The notes under the pieces are model-generated. The model was given only the letters and a program-made list of their open reading frames with translations. It had not been told where the DNA came from and did not search any database. Source: Candidatus Odyssella sp. (GTDB lineage: Bacteria; Pseudomonadota; Alphaproteobacteria; Paracaedibacterales; CAITNM01). Taken from it: DNA of 64,000 nucleotides. The stretch spans positions 3,188 to 67,187 of the forward strand of contig DYTB01000002.1 in the NCBI GenBank assembly GCA_020726185.1. The letters run 5' to 3'. Below are positions 53,537 through 62,866 of the stretch, one piece after another; position 1 is the stretch's first letter, and the number at the start of each line of letters is the position of its first letter. Both the position numbers and the translations under genes were made by a program.

Positions 53537-55428
53537 CCTCTTCCAAATATTGACCTTAACTTATTCACTACACGTGAAGTTAAAGAATCACTACCATTCT
53601 CTTGTAGCGCACTTCTACTGTCTTTGGCAAGAGTATTGTCTGAAATGCCCTCTTTTACTGGCTTTGCATCATCCTCATCGGCATCTTGAAGTTCATGGAT
53701 TTCTTCATTTTCATGATTCTCTTCTGCTTCATGAACGGGAGTTGTGTCGGTAGCATGCACGCGCTCTGTTTTTTCTGGAAGCGGAGGAATCACTTCTTTT
53801 GGTTGCTCAATTTTTTTTGCTTCTTCTTTTTTTTCCTCTGGTTTAGCTTCTTCCTTGACTGCTTCTACAGGCTTTGCAGGCGCTTCTTCTTCAATGCGCA
53901 ATGGCAAATAAGCTGGTTTACCATCTCGAGAAATTAATAACAAAATATTTTTGCGCTTTTCTTTTTTAGCTTGCTTCACAATTGACTCAAAATCAGAAGG
54001 TGATTCTAGAGCTTTGTGGTTTGCTTCTTCAATAATATCACCTTTCATTAGCAACCCTTGATCACCAGCGATGCTGTTATGGTCCACACGAAGAATTAAT
54101 ACTCCCTTAGTTTCCTTATTGAGTTCTTTCAAGTGCTCTTTAAGGTCAGCAGGGATCTTACTGATTTCAAGACCAGCTATATTGACAGTCGCAGAGCTGC
54201 CATCTGCGGCTAATTTTATTTTGTGATCATCTTTTTTAACATCTGGCATTTCCTCAACTTTAATTTTAAATTCAGTTGTTTTTCCTTTACGCCAAATTTT
54301 CAATGTGATGGACTTACCAATCTCTGTTTCTCCTACCATTCTTGAAAAAATATAAGATTCAGTAACTTTTTTGCCTTCAAATTCAAGGATAATATCCCCT
54401 CGTTTAAGCTTGCCTTCTGAAGGGCCACCTTCAATGACACTACCAACAATAACGCCTCGGTCTTTTAATCCTTGGCTTTCTGCTGCATCCTCATCCAGAG
54501 CTTGAATACGAATACCCAAATGACCCCGGCGTGTTTTACCGTACTTAACAAGCTGATCAACTGTTTGACGAGCAACATTGGCAGGAATAGCAAAACCAAT
54601 ACCAATGTTTCCGCCTGTGTTGGTAATAATGGCGTTGTTAATACCAATAACTTTGCCATTTACGTCAAATAGTGCTCCACCCGAACTGCCTACGTTGATT
54701 TGAGCGCTATGTTGAATAAATTCAAAGTCTTGTTGCATACCTGAGGGAACATAACGTCCCTTATGGGAAACAACACCAATTGTAACAGTTCCACCAAAGT
54801 TAAATGGATTTCCAATAGCAATAACCCAATCACCAGTTTTAACTTTATCAGATTCTGCCCAGTCAACGGTTGGAAGATTGCGTTTTTCAGCTGGAAGAGA
54901 TGACAAATCAAGCTTTATAACAGCGACATCATTTCTTTCATCAGAAGCAAGCAATGTTCCTGGTATTTCAGTTTTATCTTCCAGCACAACAGTTAGGGTT
55001 TTAGCTTCAGAAACGACGTGGTGGTTCGTAACTACATATGCAATTTTACCATCACAAAAAGTAATAAAGCCAGCGCCTACAGCTTGCATTTTACGTGGAC
55101 GATCCATTTGCCCCATGAATTCACGGAACAACTCTTCCAAAGGATTACCTGCCCCCATACGACCTTGAGGTGGCAGACCTGGCATTGCCATTACTCCACC
55201 TTCATTTGGACGCTGCTCTACAACTTGAGTTGCCTGAACGCTAACAACAGCAGGTAAAAGTTTATCAACTACACTTGAAAAACCTTTACTAACATCAAAA
55301 GTAGAAGCTGATGCTTCTACTTTTTCTACTAACAGTGATGAACAAAGTAAAAATAGTGGTATGGCTAAAAATCGCATAGTTCCCCTGGGCTCTGAAAATT
55401 TAGTTTTCATTTTAGTAAAATTTTTCAT
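53533..55428 (-). CDS. degP: Do/DegP/HtrA-family periplasmic serine protease with a long charged C-terminal extension
   Basis: Catalytic triad context TNHHVV, DVAVIKL and GSSGGALF, two PDZ-like regions, then ~125 extra residues rich in E/K/P/A. The start overlaps the hflC stop (ATGA). Confidence 0.9.
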   Translation of the reverse strand: MKNFTKMKTKFSEPRGTMRFLAIPLFLLCSSLLVEKVEASASTFDVSKGFSSVVDKLLPAVVSVQATQVVEQRPNEGGVMAMPGLPPQGRMGAGNPLEELFREFMGQMDRPRKMQAVGAGFITFCDGKIAYVVTNHHVVSEAKTLTVVLEDKTEIPGTLLASDERNDVAVIKLDLSSLPAEKRNLPTVDWAESDKVKTGDWVIAIGNPFNFGGTVTIGVVSHKGRYVPSGMQQDFEFIQHSAQINVGSSGGALFDVNGKVIGINNAIITNTGGNIGIGFAIPANVARQTVDQLVKYGKTRRGHLGIRIQALDEDAAESQGLKDRGVIVGSVIEGGPSEGKLKRGDIILEFEGKKVTESYIFSRMVGETEIGKSITLKIWRKGKTTEFKIKVEEMPDVKKDDHKIKLAADGSSATVNIAGLEISKIPADLKEHLKELNKETKGVLILRVDHNSIAGDQGLLMKGDIIEEANHKALESPSDFESIVKQAKKEKRKNILLLISRDGKPAYLPLRIEEEAPAKPVEAVKEEAKPEEKKEEAKKIEQPKEVIPPLPEKTERVHATDTTPVHEAEENHENEEIHELQDADEDDAKPVKEGISDNTLAKDSRSALQENGSDSLTSRVVNKLRSIFGRG

Positions 55429-56300
55429 TTCTTTGGCAAGCAGTTCGTTAAGTGTTTAGTATATTCATTATTTGTAGAAAGTAAAAACGTAGATCCTGGC
55501 TTAATACTTTGACGATACGATTCAAGAGTACGATAAAATTCATAAAACTCAGGATCAGCACCAAATGCGCTAGCTGCAATTTCTATTGCTTGCGCATCGC
55601 CACCACCGCGGATTTCTTCTGATTTTTTATTTGCTTCAGCTAAGATAATAGTTTTGTCTTTGTCAGCCTTGGCTCGAATTCCAATAGCTGCTTCTTCACC
55701 CTTTGCGCGACTTTCTTTAGCGAATCGCACAAGTTCTGAATTCATTCTAGCAAACACTGCATTTCTGTTCTCTGTAGGCAATTCAGCGCGAATAATACGC
55801 ACATCTATAATTTTGATTCCCAGAGGTTCAGCAATAGCACGAACTTCTTCTAGAATTTGATGCATGTTATCAGAACGTTCTTTTCGAAGCATTGTTCCAA
55901 GCTCAACCTTACCAAGCACGTTACGTACAGAGCTGCTAATAATTGCTTCTAAACGCAAGTGCAAACCCGATTCTGACGCTGGAGTTACTGACTGAAAGAA
56001 TTTCAAAGGGTCCGAAATTCTATAGCGCGTGTAGGTATTCACCCATAAACGCTTTTTATCTTGAGTCAACAATTCAATTGGAGGCAAATCATGATCTAGA
56101 ATTCGTGTTTCATAAAACATTACATCTTCGATAAATGGAATTTTGATCTTAAGACCAGGTTCTGTATGAATACGGCGATATTCGCCAAAACGCAAAACAA
56201 TTGCCTGAGTTGTTTGATTGACAATAAATAATGAATTAGCCAACACAACAAAAACAAAAAGCGGTGAATATCGAAGCCACATAGGGATATTTTTTAACAT
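55425..56300 (-). CDS. hflC: protease modulator HflC
   Basis: SPFH domain IVLRFGEYRR...PGLKIKIPFIEDV. It sits directly after hflK, and 291 aa fits HflC. Confidence 0.92.
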   Translation of the reverse strand: MLKNIPMWLRYSPLFVFVVLANSLFIVNQTTQAIVLRFGEYRRIHTEPGLKIKIPFIEDVMFYETRILDHDLPPIELLTQDKKRLWVNTYTRYRISDPLKFFQSVTPASESGLHLRLEAIISSSVRNVLGKVELGTMLRKERSDNMHQILEEVRAIAEPLGIKIIDVRIIRAELPTENRNAVFARMNSELVRFAKESRAKGEEAAIGIRAKADKDKTIILAEANKKSEEIRGGGDAQAIEIAASAFGADPEFYEFYRTLESYRQSIKPGSTFLLSTNNEYTKHLTNCLPKK

Positions 56301-57440
56301 TTACGCACCCTCCTTCTTATTCAACAAAGGAATTGGTGTTAACTGATTATAATTTTGCAACGATTTTGACAAATCATGATCTACCACAGTTACATTTGAT
56401 TCTTTCATTAATTGATCCATAAGTTCTCGGTGCATACGAATGCGCGTAATTGTTGGGTTTTTCTTATTTGATTTCAAAACCTGAGTAAATCTTGAAGTTT
56501 CACCTTCCGCACGTGCCACAACTTCCGCTGCATAAGCTTCTGCACCACGTAAAATACTTTCAGATTGACCGCGAGCTTTTGGCAAAATATCGTTACTATA
56601 GCTTTGCGCTTCGTTACTTAAACGATCAGCGTCAATACGCGAAGCTTGCATATCGTTGTACGCATCAACAACCTGTGCTGGCGGTGACACTTTTTGTAAA
56701 CGGAAGCTAGTGATCTGAACACCTGTATTGTAATTATCAAGAATTTTTTGCAGAAGATCCTGAATCTGGTTTCCAATAAGATCACGATCATCTGTTAATG
56801 CTTTTACAGCCGTTGTTTGACCAATAATTTCACGTAAAGCACTTTCAGTAGCAGCTTTAATTGTTGCTTCTGGATTGCGGACCATGAACAAATAATTGGT
56901 AATATCACTAATTTTCCACATGATTGTATAGTTTGTAAGCACCATGTTTTCATCGCCTGTTAAAATAAGGCTTTGATCGGCATCACCATCGTGAGCATTG
57001 CTATCAATTTGATTCACTACAGCTACTTTTTTAACAATTTCATGTTCAATTGGAGACGGCAAACGGTAACGCAAGCCAGGCTGTGCAGTTCTCACCATTT
57101 TTCCAAATCGCAAAACTACAGCGATGGCGCCTTCTTCAACTTTATAAAAACCAGAAGCTGCCCAAACTAAAAGCATTAATCCAAAAATCCCTGCGAACAC
57201 GGTCCATTGACTTTGAGGTGGCAATCCACCCCCTCCTCCGCCGCCAGTTCGCGTTTCCTTGAATCGTCGTTGAAACTCATGAATAACTTTTGAAAATTCA
57301 GGTGGTTGATTTCCAGAAGGCCCACGACCAAAAGGTCCTGAGTCTTCAGTTTTTTTTGGTTTTTTACTTGAGTTAGCGTTATCGCCTTTTACATCCCAAG
57401 GATTATCGTTGTTGTCGTCTACTGGGCTCATTGTTGCCAC
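56301..57440 (-). CDS. hflK: protease modulator HflK
   Basis: Gly-rich N-terminus (GGGGGGLPP), a TM, then VEEGAIAVVLRFGKMVRTAQPGLRYRLPSPIE and an SPFH domain. Confidence 0.92.
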   Translation of the reverse strand: MATMSPVDDNNDNPWDVKGDNANSSKKPKKTEDSGPFGRGPSGNQPPEFSKVIHEFQRRFKETRTGGGGGGGLPPQSQWTVFAGIFGLMLLVWAASGFYKVEEGAIAVVLRFGKMVRTAQPGLRYRLPSPIEHEIVKKVAVVNQIDSNAHDGDADQSLILTGDENMVLTNYTIMWKISDITNYLFMVRNPEATIKAATESALREIIGQTTAVKALTDDRDLIGNQIQDLLQKILDNYNTGVQITSFRLQKVSPPAQVVDAYNDMQASRIDADRLSNEAQSYSNDILPKARGQSESILRGAEAYAAEVVARAEGETSRFTQVLKSNKKNPTITRIRMHRELMDQLMKESNVTVVDHDLSKSLQNYNQLTPIPLLNKKEGA

Positions 57441-57574
57441 AGATCCTTATAGTGTGCTCATGCAATTCATGATAGGGAAGGATTAGCAAAAAGCAAAGAG
57501 GGTTTGCGCTTTTATTTTTACACCTAAAAAGCAAAGATGGGCTATACTCAGCCCAAAATAGATATAACAAAATT

Positions 57575-58387
57575 ATGCGCATTCTTTTTTTAGGTGATGT
57601 TTTTGGTCGCAGTGGCCGTGATGCTGTAGCAAAACACCTGCCAATGCTAAAACAAAAATATAAACCGGATTTTACTATTGTTAATGGGGAAAATGCCGCC
57701 CATGGGTTTGGTCTGCTGCCTGACATGGCTAAGGATTTTTTATCAATGGGAATTGATATTATCACCGGTGGTAACCATAGCTTTGATAAAAATGAAATTA
57801 TTGCATTGATGAGCCAAACCGATAAAATTTTACGCCCTCTAAACTACCCCAAAGCCGTTCCTGGTAAAGGGTTTGGCCTGTACACAAGCAATGGTAAAAC
57901 GTTGCTAGTGATAAACGCGATGGGTAGATTATTCATGGAACCGTTCCTAGAGTGCCCGTTTATGGTTGTGGAAGAGGTTTTGAAGCGCTATCCGTTAGGT
58001 GGGTCAATATCTGCTATTTTTGTGGATATGCACGGGGAAGCAACATCCGAAAAAATGGCGCTAGCTAAATATTTTGATGGGAAAATTACTGCTGTGGTTG
58101 GTACCCATACTCACATACCAACGGCAGATGCGCACATTATGAAAGGTGGCACCGCCTATTTAAGTGACGCTGGCATGTGCGGTGATTACGATTCTGTAAT
58201 AGGCCTGAAGCCCGAAACAGCCCTAGCTAGTTTTTTCAAAAAAATCCCCAAACCAAAAAACAAGGAACCAGCATCTGGCGAAGGAACCGTGTGTGGTGTG
58301 TTCATTGAAAGTGGCCCAAATGGTCATGCAACTGCCATTGAGCCAATTCGGGTTGGGCCAGTGCTGATGAATGAATGTAGAAACTAA
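57575..58387 (+). CDS. ymdB: YmdB-like metallophosphoesterase (2-prime,3-prime-cyclic-nucleotide phosphodiesterase family)
   Basis: MRILFLGDVFGRSGR, VNGENAAHGFG, ITGGNH, FVDMHGEATSEK and VVGTHTHIPTAD motifs. Confidence 0.85.
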   Translation: MRILFLGDVFGRSGRDAVAKHLPMLKQKYKPDFTIVNGENAAHGFGLLPDMAKDFLSMGIDIITGGNHSFDKNEIIALMSQTDKILRPLNYPKAVPGKGFGLYTSNGKTLLVINAMGRLFMEPFLECPFMVVEEVLKRYPLGGSISAIFVDMHGEATSEKMALAKYFDGKITAVVGTHTHIPTADAHIMKGGTAYLSDAGMCGDYDSVIGLKPETALASFFKKIPKPKNKEPASGEGTVCGVFIESGPNGHATAIEPIRVGPVLMNECRN

Positions 58388-59076
58388 AAGTGTACAAACA
58401 ATTCTTTGCTATGCTGCTTTAGCCATTTTTGAAGGTTTTTATAATCGGGGCAAAGCTGTTCAACATGGGCCCAGAATTTTTTGCTATGGTTCATTTCCTT
58501 TAAATGGGAAACTTCATGGGCACACAAATAAGCCAGCACTGGTTCTGGTGCTAGGACCACACGCCAACAATAGTTTAAGTTTCTAAAGGATGAGCAACTA
58601 CCAAAGCGGGTTTTCATATCTTTAATAACAATTTGGTTAATTTTAACACCTAGCACTGCTGCGTATTCATGGCTGTAGTGGGAGAATTTCTCAAGGGCCA
58701 AATCTTTAAGATATTTACTTAATGTCTGTCCAAATTTTGACTGAATTCCATGCACTTCAAGCACATTATCTTTCAGCACTACCATTGATTTGGGGCTTTG
58801 AATAAAATCTACGCGAACGACATTGCCCAAAACTGAAATGCTATCACCAGGGACAATTATGCGTGGTGTTTTTGGTTGGTGAGCGTCTACCTTGGCAAAC
58901 CAAGCATATGCACTATCTATAAAATTGGTGATTTTTGAAAAGGAAAGCAAGCTTGGCGCAGACACAACAAAAGCCTTTTGCTTTTTGGAAAAGCGCAAGG
59001 TTAGCTTTTTCAGAAAAAGCTTTCGCTGAATAAGAACGGTTTTTCCGCACGCAGTGGTGTAGGATTGTGGCTGCAA
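58384..59076 (-). CDS. YgjP-like metal-dependent hydrolase (DUF45, zincin HExxH)
   Basis: LCAHEVSHLKEMNHSKKFW contains HExxH in the DUF45 context. TTG start. Confidence 0.75.
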   Translation of the reverse strand: MQPQSYTTACGKTVLIQRKLFLKKLTLRFSKKQKAFVVSAPSLLSFSKITNFIDSAYAWFAKVDAHQPKTPRIIVPGDSISVLGNVVRVDFIQSPKSMVVLKDNVLEVHGIQSKFGQTLSKYLKDLALEKFSHYSHEYAAVLGVKINQIVIKDMKTRFGSCSSFRNLNYCWRVVLAPEPVLAYLCAHEVSHLKEMNHSKKFWAHVEQLCPDYKNLQKWLKQHSKELFVHF

Positions 59077-59079
59077 TTA

Positions 59080-59496
59080 TTACGCCATTTGCTTATAAGT
59101 AGCAAAGCCCCATTCGTAACCATCAAGGTCACGTAGTTGACAATAACGGTCTCCCCAAAAGGAAGCTTGAGGTTCAGCTAATGACGTTGCGCCATAGTTA
59201 AGGGCTTTCTGATAAAGCTCGTCAACATTCTGGCAATATACATAAATGCTACTGCCGGGTCTGATGCCTAATTGAGCTGGAGTTTTCACATCATCACCAT
59301 TTGCGCCCATTGCAAAAAGCATAAATGTAATTTCACCCAACTTTAGGGTTGCACCGCATACCACACCTTCGTGTTCATGTTTTTCTAAAACTTCAAACCC
59401 AAAAGCTTGGACATAAAAATCAATTGATTTTTGAACATCGCTAACAATAACGCATGGTGAGATTCGTGAATAATTTGGTTGCTTGTAAAATTCCAT
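59080..59496 (-). CDS. VOC (glyoxalase/bleomycin-resistance) family protein
   Basis: 138 aa. The patterns SIDFYVQAFGFEV and FWGDRYCQLRDLDGYEWGF are typical of the VOC family. Confidence 0.8.
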   Translation of the reverse strand: MEFYKQPNYSRISPCVIVSDVQKSIDFYVQAFGFEVLEKHEHEGVVCGATLKLGEITFMLFAMGANGDDVKTPAQLGIRPGSSIYVYCQNVDELYQKALNYGATSLAEPQASFWGDRYCQLRDLDGYEWGFATYKQMA

Positions 59497-59644
59497 GATC
59501 AGCCAGAGCTATGTTTATAAGTCATAGGTAGCGTATTCGGGGAAATTGCTCAAGAAATTATTTATTTGATGACCAAACAGATTAACAGTTTTTTAATAAT
59601 AAAAATGCATAATTAAAATATCATACTCTGACAGAACACATAAA

Positions 59645-60202
59645 ATGTATATATTTCAATTGATTGCCGTCTTATTCCTGGTTGGATGCTCGGCAGATAC
59701 AACAGTTAATAACAAAACTTTTGATGAGCTAATTCAACAATCCACAATTATAGTGCCTGTTAGCAATCCTGAACTTGAGAAAAAACATGAAGCATCAACA
59801 CTGCTAATTTCTTGTGTTGATTTTCGTTTGCGTGATGAAACAGATAAATTAATGGAAACGTATTTGTCACTTTTGGATGACTACGATGAGATTGCCCTAC
59901 CTGGTGCATCGCTAGCACTTGTGCAAATTAAGTATCCACACTGGAGCAAAACTGTTAGAGATCTAATTGGTCTTATAGAAAAATTGCATAACATTAAACG
60001 AGTAATTTTCCTAGATCACCGTGGATGTGGCGCTTATAAGCTTTTACAGGGCAAAGAACATGCCGCCACAAGGGAAAAAGAAACCCATTCCCACAAAGTT
60101 GTTTTTGATAAAGCAAGAGAGATTTTGAAAAAGGAATTTCCAAAATTAAAAGTTTATACCCTTTTAATGGGGTTAGATGGGGTTGTAGAAAACTTTCAAT
60201 AG
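59645..60202 (+). CDS. lipoprotein with beta-carbonic-anhydrase-like ligand motifs (tentative)
   Basis: Lipobox LFLVGCS. SCVDFRL (C-x-D-x-R) and LDHRGCGAY (H-x-x-C) are spaced like the beta-CA zinc ligands and Asp-Arg dyad. Assigned from motifs only. Confidence 0.4.
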   Translation: MYIFQLIAVLFLVGCSADTTVNNKTFDELIQQSTIIVPVSNPELEKKHEASTLLISCVDFRLRDETDKLMETYLSLLDDYDEIALPGASLALVQIKYPHWSKTVRDLIGLIEKLHNIKRVIFLDHRGCGAYKLLQGKEHAATREKETHSHKVVFDKAREILKKEFPKLKVYTLLMGLDGVVENFQ

Positions 60203-60279
60203 ATACTTGAAAATTATCCCCGTTCTTTAGGAACGGGGAAAGTTACTATAATATAACCATGCGCATCAAAAGCTTCTTA

Positions 60280-60570
60280 TTATTCATCAGAGGTTTTATC
60301 TTTGGTAGACAACCATTGGCTGTGCGAATCATCCCAAAACTTTTCAAGCTGATACAAATCAAGAAGAGCGATATAATCACCCATTATACGCTGAAAGTAG
60401 TAATGCTTAATGTATTTGCGTTCAATACCATCCCTACATTTATATTTTAGTGAATTTTCCTGTACCTGCATAAATTCTAAAAGTTTTTTTGCATTAGTAG
60501 CTAAAAAACACTCTTCTGGTAAGTTATTTTGCAAAATATAAAACATTTCTCCTATAGCCTGTACCTGCAT
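60280..60570 (-). CDS. C-terminal fragment of the duplicated/frameshifted gene 60576-61496
   Basis: It begins inside repeat copy 1 and repeats 23 residues of the upstream ORF (IGEMFYILQNNLPEECFLATNAK). It then continues KLLEFMQVQENSLKYKCRDG.... Confidence 0.4.
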   Translation of the reverse strand: MQVQAIGEMFYILQNNLPEECFLATNAKKLLEFMQVQENSLKYKCRDGIERKYIKHYYFQRIMGDYIALLDLYQLEKFWDDSHSQWLSTKDKTSDE

Positions 60571-60655
60571 AAATTCTAAAAGTTTTTTGCATTAGTAGCT
60601 AAAAAACACTCTTCTGGTAAGTTATTTTGCAAAATATAAAACATTTCTCCTATAG
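60459..60655. repeat. perfect tandem direct duplication, 99 bp + 98 bp, differing only by T7 versus T6
   Basis: Copy 1 is 60459-60557 and copy 2 is 60558-60655. Both read cctgtacctgcataaattctaaaagtttttt(t)gcattagtagctaaaaaacactcttctggtaagttattttgcaaaatataaaacatttctcctatag. T-run 60484-60490 is T7 and 60583-60588 is T6. Confidence 0.9.
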
Positions 60656-61496
60656 GCCGCGTGTACATACTTTCTTTGTCAGGATGAATCAATCGTATTC
60701 CTTTCCCAGCAAAAGAATGTAAGTAAATAGACAAAGGCTTACTTAAACGTATTGGTTTAGGATCGGCAAAAGATTGAACTGTTTTAAATATCCCCATATG
60801 TGTTGTTATAGGAAATTCTAAAACCGGAACATTTCGGCATAATAAAATAGATCTAAATGTTTCCATGTGATCAGTTATCGGAATTTCTAAAGTTGTATTA
60901 ACTGTGAAACATATTTGAATTTGTTCAAAATCGATAGCTTCACGGATTTTAGCGGCATGTAATTTTTGACGCGTTACAAAAGCAATCCAACATTCTGTTT
61001 TCTCACTTTGCTTTGCATAATCAAAGAAGTCTGCAAAAGTCCTTGCGGCACTTTCTAAATCACAGAATTTTCTGGATTTCTTCTGTAAATCTTCTTTTCT
61101 ATTTTTCAAATCATCCAACTGCAATTGATAATTTTCGTCAGTATAATTAGCTTTTTCTTTTTTCAGCTCTTTAAGATTGCCCATTAGCTCATATGATTGA
61201 TTTTTCTCACGAACTTCTTGAGATCTAGAAATCTGGTCCATGGAAAATGTTTTCCAACCCTCACAATTTTCAGATGTTACTCTTTCTAAGACAAACGATA
61301 AATCGTAAAGCATGCAGGTAATTCGGTTGTCTGAAACTTTAAATTGATTCGCTTCATCCCGTGTATTTGTTAGGGTTACGCATGCACCCGTCAGCTCTTT
61401 ATTGTCTTTTATTTCCAAATCAAAGCTTGCTACAGCCTCGCAACTCATGGATCCATAAAGCAATGTTGCTATAATTAATAATTTTAAGTCCTTCAT
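60576..61496 (-). CDS. hypothetical secreted protein, truncated inside a tandem duplication
   Basis: Signal MKDLKLLIIATLLYGSMSCEA. Internal repeat LEIPITDHMETF / LEFPITTHMGIF. It ends ...ATNAKNF* within repeat copy 2. Confidence 0.5.
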   Translation of the reverse strand: MKDLKLLIIATLLYGSMSCEAVASFDLEIKDNKELTGACVTLTNTRDEANQFKVSDNRITCMLYDLSFVLERVTSENCEGWKTFSMDQISRSQEVREKNQSYELMGNLKELKKEKANYTDENYQLQLDDLKNRKEDLQKKSRKFCDLESAARTFADFFDYAKQSEKTECWIAFVTRQKLHAAKIREAIDFEQIQICFTVNTTLEIPITDHMETFRSILLCRNVPVLEFPITTHMGIFKTVQSFADPKPIRLSKPLSIYLHSFAGKGIRLIHPDKESMYTRPIGEMFYILQNNLPEECFLATNAKNF

Positions 61497-61656
61497 TTTT
61501 ATTCCATTTTAAAAAATTACCTTTATTAATATGGTTATTAATTTTTGTAATACAAATTATTTTTTTTGGGCTGAGTAAGCAAAGAAAATGGAACATTTGC
61601 GTAGCACAAACATTTTCCAAATTACAAAGATTCTACAAAAGATATAGCAAAAAAAT

Positions 61657-62865
61657 TTATAAAATTAGCAAGCTTAGTGGGTTTTTAATGTAACCTTTTA
61701 AGGCTTTCAAAAATGCAGCGCCAACTGCGCCATCTAAGGCACGGTGGTCAAGCGATAGAGTCAATGTAACCATGTTAGCAGCAACAATGTTTCCGTTGCG
61801 CACAACGGCACGCTGTTCACCTGCACCTACCGCTAAAATACAAGCCTGAGGTGGGTTGATGATTGCATCGAAATGTTTAATGCCATACATGCCAAGGTTT
61901 GAAATGGTAAAGCTACCGCCTTGGTAAGCTTCTGGTGGCAACTTCCCTGCCCTAGCTTTTTCAGCCAGGTCTTTCACTTCAAGACTAATTTCGTTCAAAG
62001 ACTTTAGGTTTGCAGCTTTTACGATAGGAGTAACCAATCCGCCATCAATGGCAACTGCAACGCAAACATCTGCTTGGGTATAACGACGAACGTAATCACC
62101 ATGGAAAGTCACGTTTGCATTAGGTTCATCTATAAGGGCAAGTGCTGTTGCTTTAACAACGAAGTCATTCACTGATAGTTTGACTTTAGCGTTCGGCATT
62201 GCGTTTAGCTTTGTTCTAAAGCTGAGCAATTCGTCTAGCTCGCAATCAATAGTTAGGTAAAAATGTGGAATGGTTTGTTTGGCATCTGTTAGGCGTTTGC
62301 CAATGGTTTTGCGCATACCGTTAAGTTTAATGTCTTCAAATCCGCTGTCAGAATAGGTAACAGGCGTTAAAGGGCTCCTTGTGTTTTCCACATCGCTTTT
62401 GATAATGCGACCATGGGGGCCAGAACCATGAACTTGGTTCAAATTAATACCTTTTTGTGTAGCAATTCTTTTAGCCAATGGGCTTGCAAAAACACGCGCA
62501 CCTTGAGTTGGAGCAGTTGATGCAGCAACATTTGCTTTTATTTCAATTGGAGCATTTTCAGGTTTTGCCATAGGTTGAGGCTGCACAACAGCAACGGGAA
62601 TATTAATGGCAGATGCGTCTTCGCCGTCTTCTAATATAAGGGCAATAAGGGAATTCACCTTAACGGCATCGGTACCTGCTGGAATAACGATTTTTCCAAG
62701 GGTACCTTCATCTACTGCTTCAACTTCCATAGTTGCTTTGTCGGTTTCAATTTCGGCAATAACTTCGCCAGCTTTGATTTTGTCCCCTTCATTTTTCAAC
62801 CATTTAACCAGGTTACCTTCGGTCATGGTTGGGCTTAGGGCGGGCATCAAAACTTGGATTGGCAT
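61657..62865 (-). CDS. pdhC: pyruvate dehydrogenase complex E2 (dihydrolipoamide acetyltransferase)
   Basis: Lipoyl domain [18 protein letters not shown]...[12 protein letters not shown], an E3-binding domain and the catalytic [10 protein letters not shown]. Confidence 0.92.
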   Translation of the reverse strand: MPIQVLMPALSPTMTEGNLVKWLKNEGDKIKAGEVIAEIETDKATMEVEAVDEGTLGKIVIPAGTDAVKVNSLIALILEDGEDASAINIPVAVVQPQPMAKPENAPIEIKANVAASTAPTQGARVFASPLAKRIATQKGINLNQVHGSGPHGRIIKSDVENTRSPLTPVTYSDSGFEDIKLNGMRKTIGKRLTDAKQTIPHFYLTIDCELDELLSFRTKLNAMPNAKVKLSVNDFVVKATALALIDEPNANVTFHGDYVRRYTQADVCVAVAIDGGLVTPIVKAANLKSLNEISLEVKDLAEKARAGKLPPEAYQGGSFTISNLGMYGIKHFDAIINPPQACILAVGAGEQRAVVRNGNIVAANMVTLTLSLDHRALDGAVGAAFLKALKGYIKNPLSLLIL

Positions 62866-62866
62866 A

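Noticed and set aside
57403-57765. 120-codon minus-strand ORF spanning the hflK-ymdB intergenic region
   Set aside because: It overlaps the 5-prime ends of both hflK and ymdB. Its translation is low-quality, and the region is better explained as a divergent promoter region.
60459-60655. Considered whether the tandem repeat is a CRISPR or minisatellite array
   Set aside because: There are only two directly abutting copies with no spacers, and they lie inside a coding region. It is a simple tandem duplication.
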